In this document: in pieces, positions 1 to 12,784 of the stretch
Numbering within the stretch: position 1 is the first letter of the stretch
Layout of the letters: each line of letters opens with the position of its first letter
Source: Cenococcum geophilum
Lineage: Eukaryota
DNA length: 64,000 nt
Direction: 5' to 3'
Assembly: GCA_050273025.1 (NCBI GenBank)
Contig: CP158635.1
Span: forward strand, 25,916,001 to 25,980,000
Made by a program: the position numbers and the translations under genes
The notes under the pieces: generated by a model
Seen by the model: only the letters and a program-made list of their open reading frames with translations
Databases searched by the model: none
What the model was told of the DNA's origin: nothing

Positions 1-725
1 AGCACCAAAGACACGGGCGCCAGTTGACGTACGAGCGAGACCGACATCCAAGAAGACCTTGAAGGGACGGCGGGACTCGCCATCGTCACCCTCGGCGGCT
101 TCAGTAAGCGAGAATTCACCATTAGCCTCCTCCACACCAATGAAGTCCTCATCCAACTCCAACTTCTTTAGTGTGCGGCGTGCAAGGAGAAGGCCGGTGG
201 CGTATGCCGCAGCCCAGTTGGTAAGACCGTGGGTAATGCCATAGCGCTTGAGTTCGTGGCCGTACGCTGCGCAGAAGACCTTGTCGCCGGTGACTTCGGA
301 TGTGACGATCTGAGTGATGATGTCGCGGTTTGTGAAGCGGACGACGAGGCGGTACTTGGGAGCATTGTACTTATTCTTGGCCTGGGTGATCAGGCGCTTG
401 CGGGCGTAGTAGTCAGTCTTGCCAGTGCGGCGACGCTTGTACTTGACTTGGTAGCGCCTGAGAGGTCAGCACGTCCACTTTGGAGAGGGAAATGAAAGAA
501 CAAGACACTTACGAGAAGTACGCATCGTTCTTGACGAGCTTAGACTGTATTGAACCCCAGAGTCAGCAATTGACGCTTCAAACCCTCGAAGCAACTTGCG
601 AAGACTCCATTCTGTATTTCGTCCCGGAGTGGAAGTCTGCCTCAACTCCAGGAAGCCGCTGCAGGCCTTAAAAATGTATCGCTTTTGAATAAAATCAAAC
701 TGCTAGGATGACTTACGAAAGGCAT
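1..725 (-). CDS. RPL5: 60S ribosomal protein L5 (uL18), 3' end runs off the window
   Basis: Spliced manually: exons 725-717 (MPF), 544-513 ([11 protein letters not shown]), 457-1 ([16 protein letters not shown]...[23 protein letters not shown]). GT-AG introns 716-545 and 512-458. Confidence 0.97.
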
Positions 726-1347
726 TTTGATTGTATTGACCTTTCAGGTTGGCGTCGCTGATCGTTGCGCTGTGGAAAAGGTTTTAGGAGGACGGAAGTT
801 TGCGATGTGTGCGGTTCTCGCTTAAATGGGCTTTTGATGCGCTTGGTGGTTGAGTTCGAGGGTGGGCTCCAAGCATTCACCAATACCATAGACAAAGTTG
901 AATTATTCATCATAATTATAAGAATTGCTCGTGCGAGGTGCTGTAGAGGTTCAAAGTACATAGCTATGCATACCAGTAGAAATTTACATTTGGTATTCAT
1001 TTCACAGCTCTTTGTATCACAACTCTAGAAAGCAGCATATCTAGGCAGTACAACCGATATAGTGCGCCGAGAAGTACACCTAAGGATTTAAATAAAACCC
1101 ATTCTGCTGGAAAGCTGCTATAGTAAATTTAAAGACGGTTTTCGCTGCGCATATCCCCCCAAACCTCCACCACCGCAAAGATGACCCCGCACGGACCGCA
1201 CAACTACCATGCGGAGAAATACGCCCACCGAACAACGTCGACGCAAGCCCCTCCAGCAACGGTCAGGCACGGATACTGCTGAAATTAACCACCGCCCAGC
1301 TGTACTATTTCTTTGCCTGTCCTCAACATTGATATATTTCGAGCATC

Positions 1348-2848
1348 ATGACGGAGGTTCCCATAGGTAAGTTTGTCACTACACTTCGCAGGTTCACTTC
1401 TAGCTGACCGATGTTTCACAGTCCTTGATGGTGGGACTGGGTTCCTCAAGGCTGGGTATGCGGGACAGGTTCGTTCTTACTATTCCTGTCCTTGCGTCTG
1501 TGGACCTAATTGACCGATTTGTTGTCTTTGTGCAGAACTTCCCAGACCATCAGTACCCTTCAATAGTCGGCCGACCAATCCTTCGTTCGGAAGAAAGAGA
1601 TGGAGACATTGTTGTGAAGGACATAATGTGTGGTGATGAAGCAGCAGTAGCACGGTCGATGCTTCAGATTACATATCCTGTACGGTTGTCCCGGATTATT
1701 CCTTAACGCACAAGACTACGGCCCCAGTATTTGATTGCGCTCATCGGCTGACCTCGTTTACCGCCGACAGATGGAGAATGGTATTGTGAAGCGATGGGAC
1801 GACATGCAACATCTCTGGGACTACACTTTCTTTGAAAAGATGCGCATAGATCCGACAGGCCGCAAAATCCTACTCACGGAACCGCCGATGAACCCTCTCA
1901 AAAACCGCGAACAGATGTGCCAAGTGATGTTCGAGCGCTACGGTTTCGGAGGCGTATATGTTGCCATCCAAGCTGTCCTAGCGCTCTATGCCCAGGGCCT
2001 ATCTTCTGGGGTGGTCGTCGATTCCGGTGACGGTGTCACACATATTGTTCCTGTCTACGAAAGCACTGTTCTCAACCATCTAACGAGACGGCTGGATGTT
2101 GCTGGCAGAGATGTGACGAGGAACTTGATCGCATTGCTACTACGGAGAGGCTATGCATTGAACCGTACTGCGGATTTTGAGACTGTGCGCCAAATCAAGG
2201 AGAAACTATGTTATGTTTCCTATGACCTCGAATTGGATCAACGTCTCAGCGAAGATACGACAGTGCTTGTAGAGTCATATACGTTACCCGATGGCCGAGT
2301 CATCCGGGTAGGCAGCGAGAGGTTTGAGGCACCAGAGTGCTTGTTCCAGCCCCACTTGGTCGACGTTGAGCAACCAGGCATTGCGGAATTTCTCTTCAAC
2401 ACTATTCAATCTGCAGATGTCGACGTTAGGAGTAGTCTGTACAAAGCTATTGTCCTGAGTGGCGGGAGCAGCATGTATCCCGGTCTCCCAAGTCGACTAG
2501 AAAAGGAGTTGAAGCAGCTATGGCTCACGCGAGTCTTAGGAGGAAATCCAGAAAGATTGAATGTGAGCTATCACGTCTTACGATGAGCAACTAAGATACA
2601 CTAACTATATGTTTAGAAATTCAAGGTTCGCATCGAAGATCCACCTCGAAGGAGACACATGGTATTCTTAGGAGGTGCTGTGCTTGCAAATATTGTAAGA
2701 TTTCTCGCTTCGCTTGCATCAACCAACTCCTGTTCTGCAAAGCTAATACTCAGTGCAGATGGCAGACAAAGAAAACATGTGGATATCAAAGCAGGAATGG
2801 GAGGAACAGGGAGCTCGTGCATTGGAGAAACTTGGAGCGAGAGGGTGA
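1348..2848 (+). CDS. ARP2: Actin-related protein 2 (Arp2/3 complex)
   Basis: Six exons (1348-1366, 1422-1468, 1536-1679, 1771-2562, 2617-2694, 2759-2848). Motifs [49 protein letters not shown] and [14 protein letters not shown] are Arp2-type. Confidence 0.96.
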
Positions 2849-4128
2849 TGAAAACTTTGGCACTCCTATGATGCAGGTTGCCGCGAGGTGTTGTGCGTAG
2901 GTCAACTCATTAGAAACTAACGCAGCTAGTACTGCAGCCATCCACCGATGATCTCAGGCTCGCTCAAACGTCAATGTGATTACCCTCACCGTATTTTCTG
3001 AATCGATTGCAACATAACATACGTTTTGTTTCCAAGAGAGTGGTGTGAATCCACACTCGCCCTATGTTAGGCCAACATCTCAGCTGTTCCACCAGACGAA
3101 GCTAAACCCAGAATTAGGCAGAATCAAGTTCAATATATTTTCTTTCATGGTTCTTGTCTCCACAATTGGAATGTGCGTGACGTCGTAAAGGTTCCGGGCC
3201 AGCAGAGCGACCGTCTCATTACGATGAGATAATGAAAGTCAAAGAGCTTCAACTGCAGTGGCCTGACGTACGAGAACGACAAAGAACGAATAGGACATGC
3301 ACAGCTAGCCTCTATGCGAAGTCCGTATTGGATGGAATTGGATTATCTGCACTCTGGCCTGGCGACGATACCATAGGCCAGTATCGCATATCGCATTCAT
3401 GCACGTTAATCCAGCGAATTGATCGGGTAGGTTGGTTCAAACGAACGGCTTCGGCCTCATCCTGAATTCCAGCGTGGGTCAGAACAATGAAATGGAGAGG
3501 TCAGATTACGTCTGCCGAGCAATCGTACGATACGAGCTGCTCGTGGATGTATCTGTACTGGGTGGCGCTCGAATAGGGCTTGCGCCGGAACAAAGTCGTC
3601 TGGGCGAAGCCTGAAAGCCAGCATGGGTAATCGGGGATCATATCTGACACGACGCAATCGGCAAGTCGTTACATTCGCCATGCAGCTGGCAAATTCGGGG
3701 AATTTCGTCGTGCGCTCCAACCCGACAGGCAAAGAGTCGCCTACTAAGAGGTTGCTGAGAGAGGCTGCTGAGGGAGGCTGCCAAGAAAGGCCGCTAAGAG
3801 GCTACTCAGAGCGTGTACGGTGCAGCGGCTTTTCCGGTTTTCTGGGGCACTGCACGTGAGAAATGCACGGAAGTTCGGCGAAGGCGAAGCATAGGCAGGC
3901 AGGCACGGGCAAGCAGGCACGGTAATGGTACTTTCGTCATCTTTCAAAACGTCGCTTCGAAACAAAAGCGCGGAAACAGCCCAGCCAGACAGCTTGGCCA
4001 CTTGCTGAGCTGGGTCAGGATGGATGAAGGGATAACGGAATATTAGCCTGCTGAGGCTTCAATCCATCCCAATCCACCCGAGCGCTCGTCTTGGGCCGGC
4101 GCATTAATAAATCCTCCCATACCATTCT

Positions 4129-4228
4129 CCCCAGTTGTCCCCAGTTGTCCCCATTTGTCCCCAAAGTCCCCAAAGTCCCCAAAGCCCCCAAAGTCCCAAT
4201 AGTCCCAATAGTCCCCCCGAGTCCCCCC
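4129..4228. repeat. C-rich 9-10 bp tandem repeat (CCCCAGTTGT / CCCCAAAGT / CCCAATAGT variants)
   Basis: About 11 degenerate tandem units visible directly; the minus strand is a run of GGG(G) tracts. Confidence 0.85.
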
Positions 4229-4718
4229 AAAAGCGCCGCTCCCTCCCGTTGATGGGCAAGTCGATAAATCTTCTCTAAAACTTACAGCAGACACTCCCAG
4301 CGCCCACGTTGCACGCTTCCTCAGGGTTTTTCTTCAACGGGCCGTCCGCAGCAAATCCCTCCTTGCCATCTCACTCCCGCTGATGAGCCTTGCTCAGGGA
4401 CCCGTATGCACTTAAAACCCTGAAAGGTTACAACCGATGCGCTACCGGCGGTTGATCACCACTGCCCTTTCCAATTAAACGATTTTGACTCCGTCCCCGC
4501 GACTGCTGCAACAACTCTTTATCTCGGCCCTATGCCGCTGCAAGATATATTAATCCCTCTCTGGCTTCTCAGCCACTGTAGCCTCGCCATCTCCTGAGAG
4601 CCCACGGTCTGAACGAAAAAAATATATTACCAGGCCTCGAGTTATCTGCCCGTTATAGCGCCTCCAGACCCACGTCATATTTGTTTCTGACTGCTCCACC
4701 ATCAATCTTAAATCTCGA

Positions 4719-5294
4719 ATGTCCCCAGGGCAGCCGAACCGCTCCTTACCAATGCCACCACCAGGCTCTCCACTCTCTCCAAACATGGAGTCTCTAACTA
4801 TTCCTTCTCAGGCTCGTCGTCTAACTCCACATAACAGACAGCAGAGCTCGACGAACTCGGCCTCACTTAGGCTCCCATCACTGCCGCGCTTCCATCCAGC
4901 AAACTTCCCATCTCAACACTCGAGTTCTGCAACCACTCCAGCGACGGGCCCTAACAGCCCTCAACCACCTGTCTCGCCTCGCACCCAGCAGAAGCAGTAC
5001 TCTGAAGCCCAGAGGCAACTGTACCTGCACCAGCGTGAACTCATCGCCAGCGCCTCGCGACCAGGCCGGGGAGTGCCTGGACCAAAGCCAACAAGCCCTC
5101 GCCTCATTCCGACGGGCAGTCCCGGACCAGTTACTCCCTTGGAACTTGAGGGCCAGGATGGCTACCTCATGGCTGGCTCAAGCGCCAGCGAGTCGACCTC
5201 GCAATCAGAACTCGTCGACAAACTCATCCGCGAAGAAGCCAAACGTCGTGGAGAAATACCACCCTCACAGCCAACGTCTGTTGGGGGTAGATGA
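4719..5294 (+). CDS. Pro/Ser-rich hypothetical protein (191 aa); additional upstream exons possible
   Basis: Open 191-codon ORF with blocks LRLPSLPRFHPANF and SPRLIPTGSPGPVTPLELE resembling conserved uncharacterised Pezizomycotina proteins. Start not confirmed. Confidence 0.7.
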   Translation: MSPGQPNRSLPMPPPGSPLSPNMESLTIPSQARRLTPHNRQQSSTNSASLRLPSLPRFHPANFPSQHSSSATTPATGPNSPQPPVSPRTQQKQYSEAQRQLYLHQRELIASASRPGRGVPGPKPTSPRLIPTGSPGPVTPLELEGQDGYLMAGSSASESTSQSELVDKLIREEAKRRGEIPPSQPTSVGGR

Positions 5295-6180
5295 CTAGCC
5301 AACCATCCTCTAAATTGGAGCCCCTTGTGGGCAGTCACCTCATGACAGACTATTACTTCTCTATGATCAGACTGAAACTGCATCAGCCTTCGGGCTTCAG
5401 GACGGAGTTACTTCTTTGATTCAGGGCACTAACGGCATCATATATCATCAGAAAGTTTTTCACGAGAGGCTTGCAAAAACTTGGTTTCAACATCTCTTGA
5501 TCACCTTTCCTCACGACTCTCTATTTAGAGCCCTAAGGAGACGAAAAATGCATCATCGGAGTAGCTTCTTTTTCAATTATATTCCCCATTGCATTCTCAT
5601 TGGCATCGCAGGGGTAATGAGATTATAACACCGCATAGGGTCACTGGCGATAGAGTTCATTGTTCACTCTTTCTCATTTGTCGCCACAATACCCAAGTGC
5701 TGGACGTGTGGGCGTCGACCTTCGCTTTCGAGGTTCCTTGGAATAGGCGTCTTTTTTGTTGTTTTACAAATCATCGTTGCAGTCGTAACAGGCTTTACGG
5801 AGCGCTACGCCTAATGTGGCGGTGAGCTGAGACTGGTGATTGTAATCTCATGCCGTATGTAGTTAAATATGACTCAGACGCCGATTCCTCAAGCAACTTG
5901 TGGGCCTTGATGTCTCTCCAACCTGCTCAGCTATGCGCCGGCGTACGTCACATCAGGTCGACTCATCGAAGGGCTACGGCCCCTCATTTGCAACGACCCA
6001 AGCATTAGGTTCACTTATCTCAACCCTGACACAGCCCCACCGGCACACGTCCGTGCGATTCGGTGAATTATCATACAAGGGGGTGACATGAGCAGATTGC
6101 TAGCGCGCCCCACATCAAAATTTCGAGAATTACTAAGTAATCTGTATATATTTCCCCAATTTAAATACTATTCAAACCAA

Positions 6181-6780
6181 TGGTTCCCAAAACTCCACAG
6201 CGCCGTCTTGTTCATACAGAAAGCCCGAAGCGAAGTAATTTCCGGGTGTTGTATACACAAATTTGGCAAATATACTACTGTTATGGTGTAGGGGAGTATT
6301 ATAGGTAGAGGGAAGGGACTTTTGATTATATAAGATAAAGAGAAATGGAACACGGTTACTACAGAGGCGTATATACAACATATCCTTCCTGAATTACAAT
6401 GATTTAAAGTGCGCCAACGTAGGGATTGGTCAAGCAATTATTATAGAGGATAGAGCTTTATCTTATACAGCTTGAGCAACAAGAGCAGCCCGCCGAGAGA
6501 TGCTTAATTTTTCCTATGCAGTGGCTTGCCAATTCACCTAGTCTAAATCCTATTAAGAGCATATAGTGTATGCTCAAGGATTATATAGGTAAGAGGCTTC
6601 TAAAGATAAAAGAGGAGCTCATACAATACATAAGGGGGAAATGGGGCGGGCTTTCATTGCAGGGCATCCAAAAAATACTATAGAAATACGAGGGAGAGGT
6701 ATACAGCCATATTAGAGGCTCGGGGGGATATATAAAGTATTAAAATCTGTATATAATACTGTTTTGGGGAACTCGATATA
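6181..6780 (+). mobile_element. Degraded Tc1/mariner transposase remnant (C-terminal DDE half)
   Basis: Broken translation VMV*GSII..KG.LII*D, IIEDRA.SYTA, QWLANSPSLNPIKSI* and GGYIKY* matches Tc1 motifs VMVWG, QDNA.H, WPANSPDLNPIENIW, GG.TKY. Stops fall at Trp codons. Confidence 0.85.
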
Positions 6781-8751
6781 AATTTGTACGTAAGTCTCGA
6801 ACGTTCGATGTGGAGACGCTAGCAACCCGCGCATGTACCCCCTTGTACGGTTAGCAAAACCTTGCAACCACGATTTCCAAGATTTTTCCCCCAGACTGGT
6901 GACGATCTTCATTTTGGCTAAATTAAGATCACCGGTGCAGGTGGTATCATGGTACATGCATGAGAAATGCATTTTGCAGGAGCAACAACCTGAGGTCTGC
7001 GTAATGCGGCACGACGGTTTTCAAAAAAACATCCCAACAATCTTTCACAGCGCATGCATGAAGGCAGGGGTGGAACAAGCTTGAATCTGAAAGGAAGAGG
7101 AGGACGCAGGGCAGGCGGGAGCCCTCTACTGCACACCATGCGCTATCCTCAAGGCATGCAAAAGCGGGATACCCAATCCGACACAATGACAAAAAGTGTC
7201 TTCACATCGGAATTTGATAATAACTCCAATGAAAGTATGCGTGCAGCAAAACAGCACTGAGGCGTAAAATCGCTCCACCACCAAAAGTCTCATGCAGCCC
7301 CCAACGTCTATCCCCAAACCACGATATCTAGCATCCGCGTCGACGACGCCCGCAGCCAAGAAGGAAGAGCGATCAGCGATATCTGACACACACAACGCGC
7401 TGCACATCAGAAAAGCAGAATTTTCACCAGCGGCGCCGGCTGACTGGTTGCCGTCCGTCTATCAATGCGAACTACTTTCTGCCAGTGTCGCGTCGAAAGC
7501 AAAATGATAGCGGTCCCGTTTCACAGATTCTGCGTCTCCGCGACTTGCTGGCCTTTTTTTTCCGCGCGCGGGCGTGCCTCGACGTCACTCGTCACCGATC
7601 ACCGCTAAGGCAGCGCGGAAAGCAAGGACGCAGCAGGTCGTTTCAGCCACTGCCGTCGCGAACTCTCCCCCGGTGGCCCGCTCTGTGCCACCAGTCAGCC
7701 CTGAAAGCGCGGAGCAGCAGCCCAGCCGAGAGGGGAAAAAAATAATTTCAAGCACGCAGTGGCGAGGGGACAAGGCACACGGCTCTATATATCGGAGGTG
7801 CTCTCTAGTATTATTTGATTTCGCCTGATTCCCTACTTAGGGACCCAAAAAACCGCGTCGACAAATCCCCAAAGCGAACCACGCCCGTGGGTTGTAGTCG
7901 AGCGATAGCCCCTAGCTTTCTACGTCAGTGGCGTCGACTGACAAGATAAGAGTCCAGCGTGGTCGTCACGTTGTTGGCGCTAAGCCCCAAGGTCTTCCTT
8001 AGGTTCCATCCACCCTCGCTCCGAGACGCCCGTCTTTTTGGAGGAAGCACTGCGGCAGGAAGGGAGCCAACTTGGGGGGCAGATCTCTGCACATCGCTGC
8101 TGCTCTCCTACCCTGCTTTCGGTTGTGCCGGTCGCGCTGCCGCCTGGCATTGGTGGAGGCGCTGGCGTACCGGTACAGAGGCTGCGGGTCGGCCTTAGTT
8201 TGTACGGTAGCGAGTAGGGGTGCTGGAATGGGGGGTGGTATATCAGGGACTGTTCACTCATCGAGCCTGGGAATCCTGCGGCTACTGCAGGAAATACGCC
8301 GTGTCGGCTCCACGTGGAAGGTGTGATGCGGAGTTGCTCGGCCAAGGCAGAGGTGCTGGTGACAGGCAAGGAAGAGAGAAGGGGAGGCTGTAAAATGAAT
8401 GCGAGGAATACATCATAGACGATGGAGCTAATACGTCCCAGCGCCGTCTGAGGAATAAAGATTCCATCGTGGTCTACAGAGCTAATCGGTTGAATTAGGA
8501 AGAGTACCTGTATCAAGAGTAGGATGGGTGAAGAGCTCTTGAATGCTGCTAATTGTCTAAGTATGAGGGGAGAGAAACGTAATAGATGCCCAAGGTGCCG
8601 TGCAGTTCTACCTTCGCGCGAACCACTCTCCACATTCATGCCGAAATTGCACCTAGATGTGTCAGAAAATCCCCACTGCTCCATCCCATACACGTTACAA
8701 CCGAATACACACGATAGCTCTTCCTCTAGGGTAAAAGCTTCCCCTCATCCC

Positions 8752-10683
8752 TCATACACCATCTCGGTGCGCAGATCCGTTCTCTGCCTTCTCTCCATTC
8801 TTCCCAGCGCCAAGCCCATATGCAGTGACAATCCTTCTCGCAACCCCCTCGCCAGCCCAATAGGCCCCCGTCACTGTGCCCAGTGCAACGAAGGGTGCTG
8901 TGTGCTCTCCAGCGAACCACACACCTCGCTCCGGCATACCCTTGCGCATAATCTCGATGTCCTCGTCCCCACGCTCCAATCCAACTTGGAAGTTACAGTA
9001 ACTGCCGTATCCGGCCAGTTCGTCATTCGCCCAGCCCGTCGCCAGAGCTGCGGTAGGCTTGCACTCGGCAAGACTGGCAGAGTAATGTGGGAGGCGGGAG
9101 TAGTAGGGCTCGAAGAACTTAAGCAATGCAGCCTGAGCAGCAACCGGAGATTCTGCATGGCAGAGTAGGGACGCGATGTACTTGGAGGTGGGCCCGAATG
9201 TGTAGAAGAGTAGAGTGGGGTGCGCCGTGTTGGATGGTAGAGCGGCGAGGTTGACACACTCTTGGTTCCACTTATGCGGGTTTGTGTCTGATGCATAGTG
9301 CGGCGACGTCCAGTGCGTGAAGCCCGGATAGTGGTAATTTGAAGCTATCTCTGGATCAGGAGAGGTAAATCGATGGGGCGGAGCAGTTGTTGCTGTAACA
9401 TTGGGAGTTGATTGATGACGAACGACAGGGATCGCCACACCATTACAAGACTCTTGGACAGGACGGTTCCAGAAAGCGGACGGGAATTTAATGTAGACCT
9501 ATTATTGTGAGCAATTAGCACTGGCCGCGGTCTTCAAAGCTAACCTTGTCCAAGGTTCCGTAACCGATTGACTCAATGCCTTGTATCAGTCTGGGTGGAA
9601 GGCTGGGAACAAATGCATCTTGATTCCTTTTCAGCCAGCCAAGCGGCGTTGTCATAACCACTTCATCAAAGCTCATGGGATCTCGATCCGTCAGCTCAAC
9701 ATTCACCTTAAGAGTTCCTTCATCTCCCTTAGAAGTAATGCGTGTCACCTTGTGACCAAACCTTATGTCTGCTTTTTCTAGAGCTGGTGCAGCGATGCGT
9801 GCGAGGACCTTGTGATACGTTTCTGCCACAAATAAATTCTCACCGTCAATGCATTCCTCCAACCAGAAAAACTTTAGGCTTTGCTTCTGAATCGGGCTTC
9901 CGACGAAGGCACCCCACATTTCAGCCATACTTAAGAGATCGTCACGTTTACTCCTCGCTTTCTCGTCGGTATTATATAAAGTGGGGAACATTTCTTTTGC
10001 CTTTCCTTCAAAGAAGTCCATCAAGCTTTTACTTGCAGGGATGGTTGCGGTGTGCGCATTGCTGTACTCCATAGCCTCTTCAATAACTTTCCATACCAAC
10101 TCCGTGAATTGAGCTGAATCTTTTTCGGACAAGCTGCGGCCAAGATGATCAAACACTGACTGACGACCATCCCATTTGCTAGTAACTGTCTTAGTCTCTT
10201 TCGCCAGGTCCAATATTGGATTGTTATCCGTTCCGTGTATCCAGTTTGGACCGCTAGCACATTATGGTTAGTATATAATTTTTTGGCCTTCGCAGCCGGT
10301 ATGTTCCGTAGACCTACAGATCTACAAGATGGCCTAGCTGGTTACTTTGACATAGCTACGTTTACATCGTCAGAAGTTTTGTCGATAAAGGCAAGAAGGG
10401 GATGATATACTCGTCCCCCAACCCTATCCCTGCCCTCTATTATCGTTACTTTCACGCCATGCTGGAGGAGAGTATCCGCACAACGCAAGCCGGCAACACC
10501 CGCTCCGACAATGCAGACGTGCGGGACCCTTCCTTTAGGTGGTGCTCGACGAATCATAGGTTGATGATCTCCGTTTTCTATTGCAAGACTTTGCTGATGC
10601 GGGCTTCCGGATAGATCTTGTTGCAATCGTGACATTTCCCTGAGCGTGTATCTGTTATTTGACGCATGAGCCCAATGCTCCAT
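8752..10683 (-). CDS. Flavin-containing amine oxidase (polyamine oxidase/Fms1-like)
   Basis: FAD Rossmann motif VCIVGAGVAGL...EGRDRVGGR, GPNWIHG, VVMTTPLGWLK, C-terminal WFAGEHT...GTVTGAYWAG. Exons about 10683-10411, 10355-10318, 10253-9545, 9498-8752. Start ATG uncertain (10683 or a downstream Met). Confidence 0.9.
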
Positions 10684-12569
10684 GGCCGCTACTCTAATGC
10701 AAGATGATATGGCAAAGGAAATGATTTGAAAACCACTGTATGCGAGATAAAATGCAGTATTAAGAGCGCTCAAGCAGGTTGATGATATAAGAAACTTCAA
10801 AGGTGACTGGTCAAGAAGAGGTGCTCAATCTCCAGCCACAACCCTCTCCGGGCAGAGTGCTCTAAGCCTTCACGAGATGGGCTATTGACCGAAGTGATAC
10901 CGAAACACCTCTTGATGAAGACAGCGATATCGTCCCTTAGCAACAGCTAGCCGTAGACGACTGCTGAACCAAGAAAGGACAGACCGTACGTGAGACTGAG
11001 GGGAAAGACATGTCTTATGTGTAGATGGTAGAGGACCTACAGCTTGGGGGAGTTTCTAAATAGAGCGCGGGATTTCTTAATTCGGAATAGGGGATAATTT
11101 TGATGAGCGATTATACCTTGTTGTTGTAGGAGTGTGATGGGTTGTTATCTATCCCTTCCGCTGGTATATTTTGTCCTATTGTTATCGATAAGAGCTGGCC
11201 AATAGAATCAATAGGATTAAGGCTCCGTGACTATACGCGTACTTTTGATTCTGGTGTTCGCGCACGGTCCGCCTCGTAGGACACTACCAGGGATAACCGA
11301 GCGTTGAGGAAGCTGCCCTTGCATAACGCGCATAATGTACTAACGCGCTTATCCAAATATAGCAAACATACACCCCGTGGGCTTTTTGCTTCTATATTAT
11401 TGGACAAGTGGAGGAGTTGAAGACCCAGCTGGTATTGCTTCTATATAATTTTGTGTAATATACGTATTGTATCCAATTTAGAGTGCCCAGGGCTATGCTA
11501 GAAAAATCAGAAGATCCCGCTCAACACGATCCCCACACGTGCCTCAGTCTAGTGTAAAACTTCTGTGAAGCTGGCCGAAAGCATTTTTAGCTACAGCGGC
11601 CTGTGTTCACAACCTCCTCTCCGCTAGACTAAACGCACGCAATGCGTATATTTTAACCCATCGCTCCGCTTATCCCACGACCATCCTCAATAGACCATCC
11701 TTGCTGACACGGCTATCAGATATCAGATAAGGCGAAATCTAAATATCTCTAATTTTTCTCCAATACGATTTGTATTCAATTAAAATGGCATAAATGAGGT
11801 GCAGGGAGCCCGAGCCACCGGCCGTGTTTCAGCCTTGTTCTGCTGCGTTGGGATGGCTTTGGAAAATAACAGTCACCTTCCTCCAGGTATTTACCAAACC
11901 AACAGCCTCCGAATCCACGGCCCTTTCGAGTGGCAGCACCAAACGCTTTAAAGCATAATCATTCCATCCGCTCCGGTAGGAATGCCGAGAAGCAGTCCCC
12001 GAAAAGGGGACGGAAACGGAAGGCCCAAGAGGTCGAGGCTTCTGAGAACCATTCCGAAAATCCATCCCCATTATCGCAAACCATAGACCCAGCCAGATAA
12101 AACTCCTGCAACTATTTGTGTGAACGCTGTGCAGCTATCGACTTTGAGAAGATGTTCTCCCCATGAATTCGCGTATTAGAAATCGTTGTTGCATCCCTAG
12201 GACAAATAGACCAAAGCTGGGGGACACGAACTCGTAGCTTCTGCGGCCTAATGCCTCGATTCAACGCGACATGCTGTTGGACAAAAACCGTACCTACGAC
12301 TATGAACTACGGGTCACTGAGGTGCTAGCGTTTAGTTTCGGCAGCTCCCGCGACGGACTAGCCAAAACGCGTCGCCCCACAAAAAGGTACATTTAGTTTT
12401 CCTAAGTGTAGACCCTATCGAAAAGGGCTTGGACCACAAGTTCTTCCACTTCCGAGGACAAGCTTCATTGGGCAGGCTACTCCGCACTAAACCGAAGATT
12501 GTTCCGCAATTTTAGTTACCAAGTTGAATCATGTGAAGTTCGACTTCAGCCTAGAAAGCGCTAGCTAGA

Positions 12570-12754
12570 TGTCGATTCAGGTTGGATTTAGCCTATTACC
12601 CTATCCTTGTTCCTATTCCAGTTGTACTACTACCCCCTGTTTCAGTTACATACCCCCCCTTCCTCGTGTATATATAGTCTCTTTTTCTTCGTAGTTTGAA
12701 TAGACAGAGTCCTCATTCTTTTCTTACAATCGGTGCACGGACTACCGATCGACA
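12570..12754. mobile_element. Solo LTR (185 bp)
   Basis: Termini TGTCGAT...ATCGACA with a perfect 5-bp TSD CTAGA (12565-12569, 12755-12759). Confidence 0.85.
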
Positions 12755-12784
12755 CTAGACTTTTGTAGACTTTTGCAAAGTACC

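Noticed and set aside
7980..8693. 237-aa minus-strand ORF and overlapping 214-aa plus ORF (8524-9168)
   Set aside because: No recognisable domain; the plus ORF is largely antisense to the amine oxidase. A small gene at 7-8.5 kb cannot be excluded without RNA data.
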